Below are positions 1-10,907 of a stretch of DNA of 32,000 bases, in pieces; position 1 is the stretch's first letter; each line of letters begins with the position of its first letter. Source of the stretch: Nostoc sp. PCC 7120 = FACHB-418 (lineage in GTDB: Bacteria; Cyanobacteriota; Cyanobacteriia; Cyanobacteriales; Nostocaceae). The notes below the pieces were generated by a model. It worked only from the letters and a program-made list of their open reading frames with translations, ran no database searches and was not told where the DNA came from. A program made the position numbers and the translations under genes. Where the stretch lies: positions 4,410,001 to 4,442,000 of the forward strand of contig NC_003272.1 in NCBI RefSeq assembly GCF_000009705.1, given 5' to 3'.

Positions 1-2
1 GT

Positions 3-1130
3 CAGTGGCAACATATAGATTATGAATATCAGTTAATTGCTAAACGCCACCAAGTTATCCAAGCCTTACAACGGATTGGTGGTTTTGCTCAACCACCAGT
101 AGATCCCGTATTGGTGACAGCCTCATCTTTAGGCTATCGCAATAAAGCTACCTATCCCCTCGATGTTTCTGCTACAGGTCAAGTACAAGCTGGTTACTAT
201 CAAAAAGGTAGCCATCATGTAGTTAACTTAAATCAATGCCCAGTCCAAGATCCCCGCTTAAATCCTTTACTGGCACAAGTTAAGCAAGATATCCAACAGC
301 GCGACTGGCCTATCTACGATGAAAAACGCCACCAAGGGCAAATTCGCCATCTTGGTTTACGTATCGGTAGGCGCACAGGTGAAATTTTATTAACTTTAGT
401 TGTCAAAGATGGCAACTTACCAGGAATTGAACAGCAAGCCCAGGAATGGTTGCAGCGCTATCCCCAGTTGGTGGGTGTGTCCTTAAATCGTAATCCCGAA
501 CGCACCAATGCGATTTTTGGTCGAGAAACCAGATGTATTGCTGGGGTTCCCTATTTGCGAGAAATATTTGCTGGACTAGAGTTTCAAGTCCGCCCCGATA
601 CATTTTTTCAGGTTTTTACAGAAACAGCCGAAGCATTATTACAAGTAATTGAGTCACAACTAAATCTGCAAGGGCATGAGACGTTAATTGATGCTTACTG
701 TGGCATTGGCACCTTAACCTTGCCTTTAAGTAAACAAGTACGCCAAGCTATAGGATTGGAATTGCAACCAGAAGCTGTACAACAGGCAATTGTCAATGCC
801 CAACACAATGGTATTAATAATGTGGAATTTCAAGTGGGGGCCGTTGAGAAATTGCTGCCCAAGATGGGAATAATACCAGATGTGGTATTACTAGACCCAC
901 CGCGTAAAGGGTGCGATCGCATTGTCATCGAATCTCTATTAGCATCGAAACCTGCCCGCATTGTTTACGTCAGCTGTAAAGTAGCCACTCTTGCTCGTGA
1001 CCTCAAGTTACTGTGTACAGATGGAACATATACTATCCAACGTATCCAAAGCGCCGATTTTTTCCCTCAAACATCTCATGTGGAAGTTGCCGCTTTTCTT
1101 GTGCTATCACAGTCTGGTAAGGATAATTAA
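3..1130 (+). CDS. 23S rRNA (uracil-5-)-methyltransferase, RumA/RlmD (TrmA) family; N-terminus lies upstream of the window
   Basis: The frame of the listed ORF (111..1130) stays open back to nt 3 (QWQHIDYEYQLIAKRHQVIQALQRIGGF...), so the TTG at 111 is not the real start. It has the SAM-binding motif DAYCGIGTLTLPL, the LDPPRKG motif, and VYVSC carrying the nucleophile Cys typical of the family. Confidence 0.8.
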   Translation, partial: QWQHIDYEYQLIAKRHQVIQALQRIGGFAQPPVDPVLVTASSLGYRNKATYPLDVSATGQVQAGYYQKGSHHVVNLNQCPVQDPRLNPLLAQVKQDIQQRDWPIYDEKRHQGQIRHLGLRIGRRTGEILLTLVVKDGNLPGIEQQAQEWLQRYPQLVGVSLNRNPERTNAIFGRETRCIAGVPYLREIFAGLEFQVRPDTFFQVFTETAEALLQVIESQLNLQGHETLIDAYCGIGTLTLPLSKQVRQAIGLELQPEAVQQAIVNAQHNGINNVEFQVGAVEKLLPKMGIIPDVVLLDPPRKGCDRIVIESLLASKPARIVYVSCKVATLARDLKLLCTDGTYTIQRIQSADFFPQTSHVEVAAFLVLSQSGKDN

Positions 1131-1537
1131 TCCTTGAGAAAAACTCAAATCTCAAATTTGTAGTCTATTGCATAGTAAAAATGCTAAGATCGAATTAACT
1201 TAAACATAGCAATGATTTTGTTAAAAAAATTAAAGTTGCATGGCTCCAATAACCCATGAATAAGATTGTTTAAAGTACAAATCGGCAACATTAAGAAAAC
1301 TACAAATCTGTTGTAATTTTCCACATTCCTAACCTGCTAAAACCCTTAGCAAATCACTCACAGCCGCTTTATGTATCAACAATCAAACCTCATAAACAGA
1401 GTCAATGCTCCCCAGCATTTTCAAAACTTAGTAATAAAGACGCAAGTTTGAAGGCAGTATGACCACCTCCATTTTTATCAGAGTGCCTGGAAAAGCAAAC
1501 TGATGTCTAGCTAACTGAAAGCTATGGGGTTTCTCTC

Positions 1538-1987
1538 GTGATAACCATTTCGCTCCGTCCGGTTGGACGTTATTGGGGTACTATTAGTTTCGCCTCAACT
1601 CTCTATCTTTGTCCTATATTAGATTTATTGTTGGCGGAAATCCCCGCCAAATTACAAGCAGAACTGCGATTAGGGCTACAAGAAGCTTTAGTTAATGCAG
1701 CTAAACACGGCAACAACCTTGACCCAAGCAAAACAGTTGTAGTCCGTTTTTCCCTCATAGATAATCAGTATTGGTGGGTGATATCAGACCAAGGACAAGG
1801 CTTTAGCCCTATAACCAGTCATGAAGAAGATCCCACAGATTATTTACCACCCGATGAATCAGAAAACGGTCGAGGGATGTGTCTTCTGCACCAGATTTTT
1901 GACCAAGTAGAGTGGAATCGCAAAGGCACAGAATTGAGATTATGTAAACAAATGGAAAGCCGCCCCCGTCTATCTCTGCGGCGATAA
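1538..1987 (+). CDS. RsbW-like anti-sigma regulatory factor / Ser-Thr kinase (HATPase_c fold only)
   Basis: GTG start. It has the N-box-like EALVNAAKHGN, G1-like DQGQGF and G2-like GRGMCLL. There is no HisKA or sensor domain, and no anti-anti-sigma (STAS) partner is adjacent. Confidence 0.6.
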   Translation: MITISLRPVGRYWGTISFASTLYLCPILDLLLAEIPAKLQAELRLGLQEALVNAAKHGNNLDPSKTVVVRFSLIDNQYWWVISDQGQGFSPITSHEEDPTDYLPPDESENGRGMCLLHQIFDQVEWNRKGTELRLCKQMESRPRLSLRR

Positions 1988-2037
1988 TTAAGGGAATGGG
2001 TATTGGAGACCGGGTACTGGGTAAATTATCCCAGTCC

Positions 2038-2343
2038 CTACTCTCCAGTCCCTAGTCCCTTATTTCCATGAGAAGGACAGGGAGGGGCAGATATTGAACG
2101 ATTTAACCAACCAACAGCTTGTTCTAGTCTAGCAAGAGCTTCCTGGGGTTGGTTTTTGAGTAAAAATACCATAGCGGCGGCTAATTGTTCACTGGCGCGA
2201 GAATTGCGGTTAGACTTGAGGCGATGCCAATCGTCGGGTGAAATACTCAGCCGTTCCATAAGGGCTTGGGCTAGTTCCAAATCGCTAAATTCATTGATTT
2301 GACTGGTTTTAGAAAGCTGGCTGGGTTGAGACATAATTGACAA
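2038..2343 (-). CDS. hypothetical protein (101 aa), probably a conserved cyanobacterial protein of unknown function
   Basis: Clean ORF, divergent from the next gene. I recognise no motif. Confidence 0.45.
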   Translation of the reverse strand: MSIMSQPSQLSKTSQINEFSDLELAQALMERLSISPDDWHRLKSNRNSRASEQLAAAMVFLLKNQPQEALARLEQAVGWLNRSISAPPCPSHGNKGLGTGE

Positions 2344-2430
2344 GTGCTGAGTAATGAGTGCTGGGTGCTGAGTCTAATGACTCCCTAAATATTGGCAGAC
2401 TCGCTGTTAATCCTAGTTTACTACTTGTCC

Positions 2431-2793
2431 ATGAAGCCGCCAAAAGAACAACAGTCATCAGGGGAAAATCAAGAACCGCACTTTGAACAGGAGCTAGAGG
2501 AAGTAGAGCGATCGCTCTTGAGCTTAAAACAAAGGTATGATCAAGTAAAGGGCGATCGTGAACAACAGGCACAATGGCAACAACGCCGTCAAGAATTACA
2601 GCACAATAAATACCAAACCCAAGAAATTAAAACAGAGTTACGACAAATCAAACAGCAACTGGAAATGCTAGAACTAAACTTAGAAAGCCAGTTGTTTTCT
2701 TGGCGTAGCCTGAAAAAACCTTTCTGGCAAGCCGTCCGCTTTGGTGGAATGGGCGTTATTATAGGCTGGATATTAAAGTCCTGTGCTGGGTAA
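2431..2793 (+). CDS. coiled-coil protein with a C-terminal transmembrane helix, unknown function
   Basis: The ORF track starts at TTG 2392, but the in-frame ATG at 2431 (MKPPKEQQ...) is more plausible. The central part is rich in Q/E/K/L heptad-like sequence, and the C-terminus [14 protein letters not shown] is hydrophobic. Its stop is 2 nt before the asnS ATG, which suggests translational coupling. Confidence 0.55.
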   Translation: MKPPKEQQSSGENQEPHFEQELEEVERSLLSLKQRYDQVKGDREQQAQWQQRRQELQHNKYQTQEIKTELRQIKQQLEMLELNLESQLFSWRSLKKPFWQAVRFGGMGVIIGWILKSCAG

Positions 2794-2795
2794 AT

Positions 2796-4187
2796 ATGGT
2801 AAATCGACGAATTGCAGAAATATTGCGGAGTGGTCAACCTGATGAGTCTCTGGTAGTTCAAGGCTGGGTAAGAACAAAGCGTGAACTTAAGGGATTTGCT
2901 TTTATTGAAGTTAATGACGGCTCATCATTAGGTAATTTGCAAGTTGTCATCAATCAGGATTTGCCAGACTACGCAGTAATTGTCAAACAACTAAACACAG
3001 GTGCATCAGTTGAGGTAAACGGCGTATTGGTGGCTTCCCAAGGAAAAGGACAGCGTATTGAATTAAAAGCCGAAGCAGTGAAAGTTTATGGTGAAGCTGA
3101 CCCCGAAACTTATCCACTGCAAAAGAAACGCCACTCTTTTGAATTTTTACGCACAATTGGACATTTGCGATCGCGTACTAATTCCTTCGGTGCAGTGTTC
3201 CGTGTCCGTAATGCTTGTTCCGCAGCCATTCACCAATTCTTCCAGGAAAGGGGCTTTTTGTGGGTACACACCCCCATCATCACCGCTAGCGACTGCGAAG
3301 GCGCAGGGGAACTATTTAGCGTCACCAGCTTGGATTTAAAGCAGATTCCCCGCACAGAAAATCAAGGAATTGATTACAGCCAAGACTTTTTTGCTAAACC
3401 CACCTACTTAACAGTCAGTGGACAACTAGAAGCCGAAGTCATGGCGATGGCTTTTAGTAACGTCTACACCTTCGGCCCCACCTTCCGTGCAGAAAACTCC
3501 AACACCTCCCGCCACTTGGCAGAATTTTGGATGGTTGAGCCAGAAATGGCATTTTGCGACTTAGAAGGCGATATGGATTTAGCAGAGGCTTTTCTCAAAC
3601 ACATTTTTAATCATGTGTTGGAAAAATGCCCAGAAGACATGGAATTTTTCAATCAACGCATTGATAATACTGTCTTAGCAACAGCCGAAAATATTATTAA
3701 TAATCAATTTGAACGTCTGACTTACACCGATGCCATCAAACTTTTAGAAAAAGCTGATGTTAAATTTGAATATCCCGTAAGTTGGGGCTTAGATTTACAA
3801 TCAGAACACGAACGTTACCTAGCAGAACAACTCTTCAAAAAGCCAGTCATCGTTACAGATTACCCCGCACAGATTAAAGCCTTTTATATGCGGTTGAGCG
3901 ACGATGAAAAAACAGTCCGCGCGATGGATGTCCTTGCACCAAAAATTGGGGAAATCATTGGTGGTTCCCAAAGAGAAGAACGTTTAGATGTGTTGGAACG
4001 CCGAGTATTAGCACAAGGAATGCAGCCTGAAGATTTGTGGTGGTATCTCGATTTACGTCGTTATGGTACTGTTCCTCACGCTGGTTTCGGCTTGGGTTTT
4101 GAACGACTCGTGCAATTTATCACAGGAATGGGCAATATTCGGGATGTAATTCCCTTCCCCCGGACACCACAAAACGCTGAGTTTTAG
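2796..4187 (+). CDS. asnS: asparagine--tRNA ligase
   Basis: 463 aa. N-terminal OB-fold region, class II motif 2 [21 protein letters not shown] and motif 3 GFGLGFERL; the length is typical of AsnRS. Confidence 0.93.
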   Translation: MVNRRIAEILRSGQPDESLVVQGWVRTKRELKGFAFIEVNDGSSLGNLQVVINQDLPDYAVIVKQLNTGASVEVNGVLVASQGKGQRIELKAEAVKVYGEADPETYPLQKKRHSFEFLRTIGHLRSRTNSFGAVFRVRNACSAAIHQFFQERGFLWVHTPIITASDCEGAGELFSVTSLDLKQIPRTENQGIDYSQDFFAKPTYLTVSGQLEAEVMAMAFSNVYTFGPTFRAENSNTSRHLAEFWMVEPEMAFCDLEGDMDLAEAFLKHIFNHVLEKCPEDMEFFNQRIDNTVLATAENIINNQFERLTYTDAIKLLEKADVKFEYPVSWGLDLQSEHERYLAEQLFKKPVIVTDYPAQIKAFYMRLSDDEKTVRAMDVLAPKIGEIIGGSQREERLDVLERRVLAQGMQPEDLWWYLDLRRYGTVPHAGFGLGFERLVQFITGMGNIRDVIPFPRTPQNAEF

Positions 4188-4622
4188 TAGAAGCAGTCGT
4201 CAAATAACGCGATGTGCGACTATCTTGATTCTTAATTTTGAATTTTTAATTGGTAGAATCTTGCTCCCATCCTTTACTAGAGAAGGGGTTGGGGATTAGG
4301 GTTAAGAGAAAGTTGCACATCGCATAATATAAGTTTTATGAATGATATGTAAATATGTTTATACAACTATAGACTCATAAATAAATATACGGTATTAAGT
4401 TAATCAGGTGTTCTGTGTATTCGTTTTGCTAAATTCTGAGCGAATCAGCTTAGTCTGAATCACTTTTTTATAACAGTTTCCCATTACATAAGGTATATCC
4501 TAACCTCTTACCCCTAGTGCGCGTTCTCAAAATTGAAAAGGGGTTTGGTTCAGCGCATTACCACCTAACAAAACAATGTAAATATTGGGTTACCTTTCAT
4601 CAGACGGTCAACCCCTTTGGGG

Positions 4623-4647
4623 AATTCAAAATTCAAAATTCAAAATT
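4623..4647. repeat. heptamer tandem repeat (AATTCAA) x3.5, STRR-like
   Basis: Read directly: aattcaa aattcaa aattcaa aatt. It immediately follows a 9-bp inverted repeat pair, aaaggggtt (4537-4545) and aaccccttt (4610-4618). Confidence 0.85.
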
Positions 4648-5144
4648 ACAATCCCCATAAATAAATAATGATGCTTTAAACAAGAATTTTTTGTGCCTTG
4701 TACTGAAGCATCGCGACACATTTGTTTTTATATTCGGTAATGAATTAAGAACCTAAGATGACTGAATATCCTTGATTCATTCATGCTCCAGTATACACCT
4801 GGCAGGATATACAAAAGAATTCAGCAATTAGCAGTCAAAACACCATAATACCAAGCTAAACCTAACAGAATTAAAACACTTTGACTCTCTAGCTGAGAGT
4901 TATAAATTCCATACTTACTCTAGTTGCAATCTGCTATAAACATTTGTCCAAACCACTAGATAAGTATCGCCATTAAGCCCATCAATAGGGTGAATCTCAT
5001 ACATAACTTATTGTATCTAAAGATGACACAAAGCGTGCTGATCGTGCCAATTTTTGACCAATTATGAGTGCATCAAAACAGCACTAAATGACAATTTAAA
5101 ACTTCCAAATAGCATAAAAATTTGATTTACAGGGAGCAAAATTC

Positions 5145-6914
5145 ATGACAATTATTCATGGAACAAATAGCAATGACTATCTCTATGGTGGTGATGAGAG
5201 CGATACCATCAAAGGATTTGCGGGATATGACTATCTATATGGCGGCTTAGGTGATGACTATCTATATGGCGGCTTAGATAATGACAAACTCTACGGCGGC
5301 TTAGGTAATGACAAACTCTATGGTGGTGAAGGTAATGATAATTTAAACGGAGAACAAGGTAATAATAGCCTATACGGTGAAGCAGGCGATGATACTTTAG
5401 ATGCAGGTAACTCCACTGGGAACAACCTTTTAGATGGTGGAGAGGGAAATGATGAAATTTACGTTTATAGTTCCAGTGGAAATAACACCCTCAAGGGTGG
5501 AGTGGGAAATGATATTTTAGATGTTCGCTTTTCCTATGGAAAGAATATCTTAGATGGTGGTTCTGGAAATGATCAGCTTTATGCTCGCTATTCCCAAGGA
5601 AACAATACTCTCCGGGGTGGAAGTGGAGATGATTATCTCGGAGTTGATTTGTCTGCGGGGAATAACGTCCTTAATGGAGATGATGGAAATGACATCCTTG
5701 ATGTTAGTTATCAATGGAAAGGCAAGAATATAGTTTCCGGTGGAAATGGAAATGATATTTTTTATGCCTATGGAGTTCAGGGTGCTAACACTCTCAATGG
5801 TGGTAGTGGTGACGACTCTTTCTACATCAGTAGCCCAAGTGCAGACACCGTTGTGCATCCCTTGGTAACTCAAACAGTTGATGGAGGAATAGGTAATGAT
5901 TACTTGTACATTGACTATAGTACTGCGATCGCTGGCATCACCTCAAGTTTCAACACCACTACTAAGCAAGGTTTAATTACCGCCGACACCAATCAAGTCC
6001 GCTACAAAAATATCGAACGATTGAATATCATCGGCACATCCCATGATGACATTATTGTAGGGGGCAACAGCGACGATATCATTGATGGCGGTAGTGGGGG
6101 TAATGATACCCTCAACGGCGGTGCAGGTAATGACATCTTAATTATTAGAGACAATTCACGTAGTCACAATACTGTTTATGGTGGTGCAGGAAACGACTCT
6201 TTATATGCAAACGGTACTGCTGGAACGAACCTACTAGATGGTGGCGATGGCAATGATTATCTGTCTGCTAAGAATAATTATTCCTACTTCTTCAACGCCA
6301 GTCAGACTCTAATTGGTGGGGCAGGTGATGATACCTTGGATGTTAGCGGTTCCTATGGTAACAACTTCCTTTATGGAGGTGCAGGTAATGATTTCCTTTA
6401 CGCAGACTATTCAGTTGGCCTCCATAGACTAGATGGTGGTGATGGAGACGATTATCTATCTGCGAAAAGCTCCAGCAGCCGCTTTATCATCAACACTCAT
6501 ATTCTGGATGGCGGTGCAGGTAATGATATCTTGGATGTTGGCTCTGCGCGTGCCAAGAATAAGCTAATGGGCGGTACAGGTGATGATATCCTGATTGGTG
6601 GTTTAAATGAGGATACCTTTGTTTTCAAAAATTATCATGAAGGGGTTGATCGTATCTACAACTTCGATCATCTAGACCGCATTCAAATATGTGCTGTAGG
6701 TTTCGGTGGTGACTTATCACCAGATTCACTTTCAGTTGGTCAGTTCACCCTCGGCACAGTTGCTACAACAAATGACCAACGATTTATTTACGACACAAGT
6801 ACTGGAGCGCTTTACTTTGACCAAGATGGTAACGGTAGCGGATTTAATCAGGTAAAATTTGCCCAACTAGACGGTATACCTTCACTCAGTGTCAGCAATT
6901 TTGTGGTGGTTTAA
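5145..6914 (+). CDS. RTX-type (hemolysin-type) calcium-binding repeat protein, 589 aa
   Basis: Dozens of GGxGNDxL nonapeptides, mostly alternating with a degenerate xxxxGxNxL unit (~18-19 aa period). There is no N-terminal signal peptide. The non-repeat C-terminal ~110 aa includes ALYFDQDGNGSGFNQVKFAQL. AGGGAG lies 8 nt upstream of the ATG. Confidence 0.85.
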   Translation: MTIIHGTNSNDYLYGGDESDTIKGFAGYDYLYGGLGDDYLYGGLDNDKLYGGLGNDKLYGGEGNDNLNGEQGNNSLYGEAGDDTLDAGNSTGNNLLDGGEGNDEIYVYSSSGNNTLKGGVGNDILDVRFSYGKNILDGGSGNDQLYARYSQGNNTLRGGSGDDYLGVDLSAGNNVLNGDDGNDILDVSYQWKGKNIVSGGNGNDIFYAYGVQGANTLNGGSGDDSFYISSPSADTVVHPLVTQTVDGGIGNDYLYIDYSTAIAGITSSFNTTTKQGLITADTNQVRYKNIERLNIIGTSHDDIIVGGNSDDIIDGGSGGNDTLNGGAGNDILIIRDNSRSHNTVYGGAGNDSLYANGTAGTNLLDGGDGNDYLSAKNNYSYFFNASQTLIGGAGDDTLDVSGSYGNNFLYGGAGNDFLYADYSVGLHRLDGGDGDDYLSAKSSSSRFIINTHILDGGAGNDILDVGSARAKNKLMGGTGDDILIGGLNEDTFVFKNYHEGVDRIYNFDHLDRIQICAVGFGGDLSPDSLSVGQFTLGTVATTNDQRFIYDTSTGALYFDQDGNGSGFNQVKFAQLDGIPSLSVSNFVVV

Positions 6915-7082
6915 TCATCGTTGACCTGGGGAATCAGGGATTCCTATCAAATCCATGTGAATACTGATAAAATCAGCGAGAGTTGGAATTGGCTTCCGCC
7001 GTTAACCTCAGCCCAGCATTAATCAGTAATGGTCAACAACAATTACCTGTGAGCTATTACCCATTACCAACCAAATAATTTA

Positions 7083-7142
7083 AGCTATCAGCTGTCAGCT
7101 GTCAGTTAATTTTTTAAAGCTGACGGCTGAGTGCTGATAGCT
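7083..7142. terminator. long hairpin between the convergent RTX and response-regulator genes (probable bidirectional terminator)
   Basis: agctatcagc (7083-7092) pairs with gctgatagct (7133-7142). After a 2-nt mismatch, 7095-7107 pairs with 7118-7130 (two G.U). The loop is aatttttta-rich, and the left arm contains two CAGCTGT repeats. Confidence 0.6.
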
Positions 7143-7144
7143 AT

Positions 7145-7825
7145 TTAAGCCATTTGATTTTCAATCGCCCACCGTGCTAGTTCGGTGCGGTTGTGAAGAT
7201 TGGTTTTGCCCAACATATTGGACACATGGCTTTCAACTGTGCGCTGACTAACATTTAATTCTTCAGCAATTTCCCGGTTAGCTAGACCCCTAGCTACAAA
7301 CTGCACTACCTTCAGTTCGGTTGGGGTTAACTGCACATCGAAGGGAACTTGGATGCGAGAACCGTTTTCCCCACCTTTGGCTTGGTGTTCCTTCCAACGG
7401 ATAGTTTGTTTCAGTGAAGATTCTACTTGTGCTACGAGTTCTTCTGGTTCAAAAGGCTTGACCATATAAACATCTGCACCTTTGTTTAGACCTTTAACTC
7501 GGTCTGCACTTTGTCCTTTTGCTGACAGGAACAAAACAGGAATCCAACTGGTGCGTTCGTTTTGCCGGACTTGTTCGACAAAGGTATATCCGTCCATTTC
7601 TGGCATCATCACGTCACAGATGATCATATCTGGAACATCATGTTCGAGAATTTCCAGAGCTTCTCGTCCGTTTTCCGCCGTGATGACTTCATATCCTCTG
7701 AATTCCAAGTAGTCCTTCACCAGCAAGATGAGGTTAGGGTCATCATCAATCAATAGAAGTCGTTTGTGATCTTTCATGCTGGGCTCTTTCATAGCAGTGG
7801 CACTTGTCGCGCTTCGATCCATCAA
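7145..7825 (-). CDS. two-component response regulator, NarL/LuxR family (REC + LuxR-type HTH); Ycf29/Rre1-like
   Basis: REC domain with LLLIDDD, phosphoacceptor context MIICDVMMPEMDG and K in VYMVKPF. The C-terminus LTPTELKVVQFVARGLANREIAEELNVSQRTVESHVSNML is a LuxR HTH. The true start may be an internal Met (MKEPSM or MKDHKR). Confidence 0.85.
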   Translation of the reverse strand: MMDRSATSATAMKEPSMKDHKRLLLIDDDPNLILLVKDYLEFRGYEVITAENGREALEILEHDVPDMIICDVMMPEMDGYTFVEQVRQNERTSWIPVLFLSAKGQSADRVKGLNKGADVYMVKPFEPEELVAQVESSLKQTIRWKEHQAKGGENGSRIQVPFDVQLTPTELKVVQFVARGLANREIAEELNVSQRTVESHVSNMLGKTNLHNRTELARWAIENQMA

Positions 7826-8661
7826 GGTCTTGAATGGTTATCCTTTATGGTGGATTGTTGAGATGTTGTCATTTTTCCCACTTAAGTTGCCCTTTCTTCC
7901 TTGGAGTCTTAAAAGTGGTTTTCACTTTCGATGACACACCAGTGCATTGGCAATATTCTAGTAAGGATACGCAGAGCAATAGTATTATAATGCGCTATTA
8001 TATATCCCTTTGAAAGTGGCGGGTGAAAATACACTGATTAAATAATAATCTTTCTAGTTCACAAGTAAGTATTGGCTTAAGATGACCCTAGCTGCAACAC
8101 AACCCGCGTTTTCATCGGCTTACTGCTCTACCATACCCTTCTGATGTTCAGCCTTTGTTTAGATGTTCACAAGCAAGTAAGGGAGTTGTTGGCAAAGGAT
8201 GGGTTAAAAATGCTGATTCTTGCGCCACCATTATGCCTATCAAGTGTTTTTGGACTATCCGCTCAATAACCTCCGGGTTTGCTTGGCGATACCAGACACT
8301 TCCGGTTAGACAACTATTATCGATCTAGAACAACAAACTAGCAAGCTATAAGCTTGAGTTTTGTTGCACTACATCACTGTATTGTTACTCATTGAGCGTC
8401 TCCCTGATTACTGTTCTATAACAATTTCCCCAGTTTGCAAATAAAGTTGTCCATATAAAAATATTCATTACTTACAGAAAAGAACCTGAAAAATACGAAT
8501 AATTGAGTATTAGTACTTACGGGCTTATCGAGAAACGTATAGATGATGACTTCTCAGTTGTAATTCGTAATACTCACCAAAAGCAAGAAGTAAGCTACTT
8601 AATTTGTAATTTTTAATGGAAAGCTTGCTAAACCATTACTCCCTACTCCCCAATCATTCTA

Positions 8662-8677
8662 GTTCGGAAACCCGTAC
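8662..8677 (+). promoter_or_regulatory. K-box-like element upstream of groESL (GTTCGG-NNAN-CCNNAC)
   Basis: gttcgg aaac ccgtac matches the consensus exactly as I remember it from cyanobacterial groESL promoters. It lies 12 nt upstream of the putative -35. Confidence 0.5.
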
Positions 8678-8688
8678 ACAGGTAAATA

Positions 8689-8718
8689 TTGCCATTGGGG
8701 GCTATTCTTCGGTAGATT
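8689..8718 (+). promoter_or_regulatory. putative sigma70-type groESL promoter (-35 TTGCCA, -10 TAGATT, 18-nt spacer)
   Basis: TTGCCA at 8689-8694 and TAGATT at 8713-8718. The -10 overlaps the first 2 nt of CIRCE. Confidence 0.5.
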
Positions 8719-8743
8719 AGCACTCAGGAGTTGAGAGTGCTAA
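8717..8743 (+). promoter_or_regulatory. CIRCE operator (HrcA binding site), perfect consensus
   Basis: TTAGCACTC-aggagttga-GAGTGCTAA is an exact match to the TTAGCACTC-N9-GAGTGCTAA consensus. It ends 18 nt before the groES ATG. Confidence 0.95.
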
Positions 8744-8761
8744 CTCTGGAGAAATTAAAGT

Positions 8762-9073
8762 ATGGCAGCAGTATCTCTAAGCGTATCCACCGTTAAACCT
8801 TTAGGCGATCGCGTTTTCGTAAAAGTGAGCGCCTCTGAAGAAAAGACCGCAGGTGGTTTGTATTTGCCCGACACCGCTAAGGAAAAACCCCAAGTAGGTG
8901 AAGTAGTTGCTCTTGGAGCAGGCAAACGGAATGACGACGGTAGCCGTCAAGAATTGGAAGTAAAAGTTGGCGATAAAGTGCTGTACTCCAAGTACGCTGG
9001 CACCGATGTCAAGCTGGGAACCGAAGAATACGTCCTACTGTCTGAAAAAGACATTCTAGCAGTCGTTGGCTAA
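8762..9073 (+). CDS. groES: co-chaperonin GroES
   Basis: 103 aa. [11 protein letters not shown] start and mobile loop [21 protein letters not shown]. Confidence 0.97.
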   Translation: MAAVSLSVSTVKPLGDRVFVKVSASEEKTAGGLYLPDTAKEKPQVGEVVALGAGKRNDDGSRQELEVKVGDKVLYSKYAGTDVKLGTEEYVLLSEKDILAVVG

Positions 9074-9162
9074 TGGGTAATAAGTAATAGGTAATCGCAA
9101 TACCTATTTACTGATGATCAAATTTCACGACACAAAACTTGATTTAACTTCCTGAGATTTAG

Positions 9163-10803
<1,641 letters not shown>

Positions 10804-10829
10804 TATTCTGTAGTCACATAAGTTTAAAA

Positions 10830-10866
10830 AATAGCTGCTTCCACAAAGGAAGTAGCTATTTTTTTC
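10830..10866 (+). terminator. intrinsic terminator of groESL
   Basis: aatagctgcttcc (10830-10842), loop acaaa, ggaagtagctatt (10848-10860) with one G.U pair, followed by a T-run. An A-run upstream would allow bidirectional use. Confidence 0.8.
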
Positions 10867-10907
10867 AATCAAATATAAAGGTACAAGGGACAATGTAGGA
10901 ATAAAAT

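Noticed and set aside
2309-2861. Minus-strand ORFs 2309..2572 and 2589..2861
   Set aside because: They overlap the coiled-coil gene and the asnS start on the opposite strand. The translations are low-complexity with no supporting signal.
8560-8573. GTA-N8-TAC (gtaattcgtaatac), an NtcA-site-like palindrome ~190 nt upstream of groES
   Set aside because: The 6-nt specification is expected several times by chance in 32 kb. The nearest TAN3T box (TAAGCT, 8591-8596) is 17 nt away rather than the ~22 nt usual for NtcA class II promoters. The sequence also looks like a member of the taattcgtaat repeat theme seen at 13640.
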